Source: Lytechinus pictus (Eukaryota). From it: 64,000 bases of DNA. Below are positions 62,465-64,000 of the stretch, one piece after another. The notes under the pieces were generated by a model. The model did no database searches and had not been told where the DNA came from. It was given only the letters and a program-made list of their open reading frames with translations. Numbering within the stretch: the stretch's first letter is position 1; each line of letters begins with the position of its first letter. The DNA is taken from NCBI RefSeq assembly GCF_037042905.1, contig NC_087251.1, positions 45,882,001-45,946,000 of the forward strand. Reading direction: 5' to 3'. Both the position numbers and the translations under genes were made by a program.

Positions 62465-62627
62465 CTGGGGAGCGTTTCATGAAAGGACTTGTCGGACATT
62501 TTATCCGACAAGTACTGTTTTATCCGACAGCTACTATGGTAACAGTGACTCTCATCCAATCATTATCAAGGAAAGTTGTCAGATCTGACAACTTGTCGGA
62601 CGAAAATGTTGATGAAACGCCCCCCAG
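62465..62627. mobile_element. MITE family C
   Basis: CTGGGGAGCGTTTCATGAAAGGACTTGTCGG ... GATGAAACGCCCCCCAG. Confidence 0.8.
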
Positions 62628-62720
62628 ATCCTGGTTTTGTTTGGGGGTGGTCAGGTGCCACGTAATTGCTGTAATATATCAGGTAAATAATGTTTTTTTC
62701 AGATTCAGGTATTTTCTCAT

Positions 62721-63595
62721 TGTCTCACCTGCATAGCAGAAGTGAGAGCAGTGCCGGTTTTCATGATGAGGGCAGCATCATTAATTTACTTCAAATTCAG
62801 TTAATATTTTCTCCTGATGGTGCACACTGGACACTCCCATTAAGGTTTGTGCACAGTGCGGCACATATCGAAAAAAAATCTTCTTTGCACTGCATGTCCA
62901 ATAACACTTGTAGTTCTGCGTGTTTCTTATATCAAGTTGGCTTCCCACAAGAAAGGACTTAGTGGTTATTTTTATGATTGTATTTTTTTATTATTCCCTT
63001 TTTTGATTTGATGATATTTTGAGTGATACTTGAAATTTAGAATCAACCTTTACATCATTGGATAGCCTACAATGTGCTCTTTCAATATTTGAAATAAAAA
63101 AAAATCGTGAAAATTACCCCAAGTCCCTTTCTTGCGGGAGCCAGCAATAATGTTTCCTCCTTATTTAAAAAAAATATCAAATCCAATTATTTTTTTGTAT
63201 TCCTTGAATCTTGTATGAAGATAATTGTGTCAAGTTCATGCTGCCACTTTGAGAATTCATAATTTTGTATGAATATGTTATCAAATTTCAGGATTTAAAT
63301 TCAATTATTTCCATTGCCAGGATGCTTTTCTAAATGACCCACTTTTCTATTACTGCATAAATTTGTAAAATTGAAAGGAATATAAAAAAGTTTCAAGCCC
63401 AATGAAAGAGGCTTTTGGTCCAATCAGCAGGACCATGGCAATAGTTATCTTAGATTAATTCAATAATTTATATTCAAAGAGTAAATTAAAGTGAGAGCGG
63501 AGAGAGTGTATGATATTTTAATATCACAAAATCAACACTGCTGCTATACTTGAATTGTGTAATGCAAGTGAGACTGCCCGGGATGAATCACTTGC
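62721..63595 (+). mobile_element. Decayed copy (both ends) of the HINE-like family at 59113
   Basis: TGTCTCACCTGCATAGCAG at 62721 and CACTGCTGCTATA..TTGAATTGTGT.ATGCAAGTGAGAC at about 63536-63575; the middle is unrelated sequence. Confidence 0.55.
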
Positions 63596-64000
63596 TTTTC
63601 AGGAAATGCTCATGAAATTTAGCACACACATTTTTTGGCAATGAAAGAATAAAATTTCATGGTTATATTTTGTTGTTGCCGAGAATATTTTGTTGATCTT
63701 AGTGATTGCACACTGAATAAAGACTAGTCTTCCTCATGTTTCAAATAAGTTTATCATAATAGAAAATAATAATTGACGATATTTATGGAGCTTATTTATT
63801 GTTAAATATTTCATTTTAAAGATCTCGATTGTTGCAAATGAAAATGTGCTGGTAATCTATTATACATTTGATATTTTCCTTTTGAACATTGTAAGAATAA
63901 TGTAATATGGTTTGCCAAAGATTAAACCATGTAATCAAACATGGTTGCTATGTACACTAATTATCCTAGGAAGAAAAGTGAACGACACATGCTGCATGAT

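Overview
AT-rich eukaryotic (animal) genomic DNA. The repeat content (tRNA-derived SINEs, Tsp/HINE-like element, Kolobok-like and Harbinger-like MITEs, poly-G runs) suggests a sea urchin or another echinoderm; this is an inference. Four intron-containing genes were assembled by hand, each with consistent splice phases and an open frame: (1) an equilibrative nucleoside transporter of the SLC29/ENT family (+, 12 coding exons, 505 aa); (2) MAP10 (-, 3 coding exons, 946 aa); (3) NTPCR (+, 5 exons, 192 aa), head-to-head with MAP10, with a nearly intact 5'-truncated CR1/L2-type LINE in intron 1; (4) UTP25/DIEXF (+, 19 exons, 797 aa). Main findings: a minor-spliceosome AT-AC intron in UTP25 (54793-56284); a cluster of seven copies of a TACTAACCTCGCA motif in UTP25 intron 1, arranged like a palindromic recombination site split by nested insertions; MAP10-NTPCR linkage as in human; several tandem duplications that copied splice sites; and a 68-bp minisatellite carrying five TCF/LEF-type motifs just downstream of the UTP25 stop. 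Most ORFs in the supplied track are spurious or come from microsatellites.
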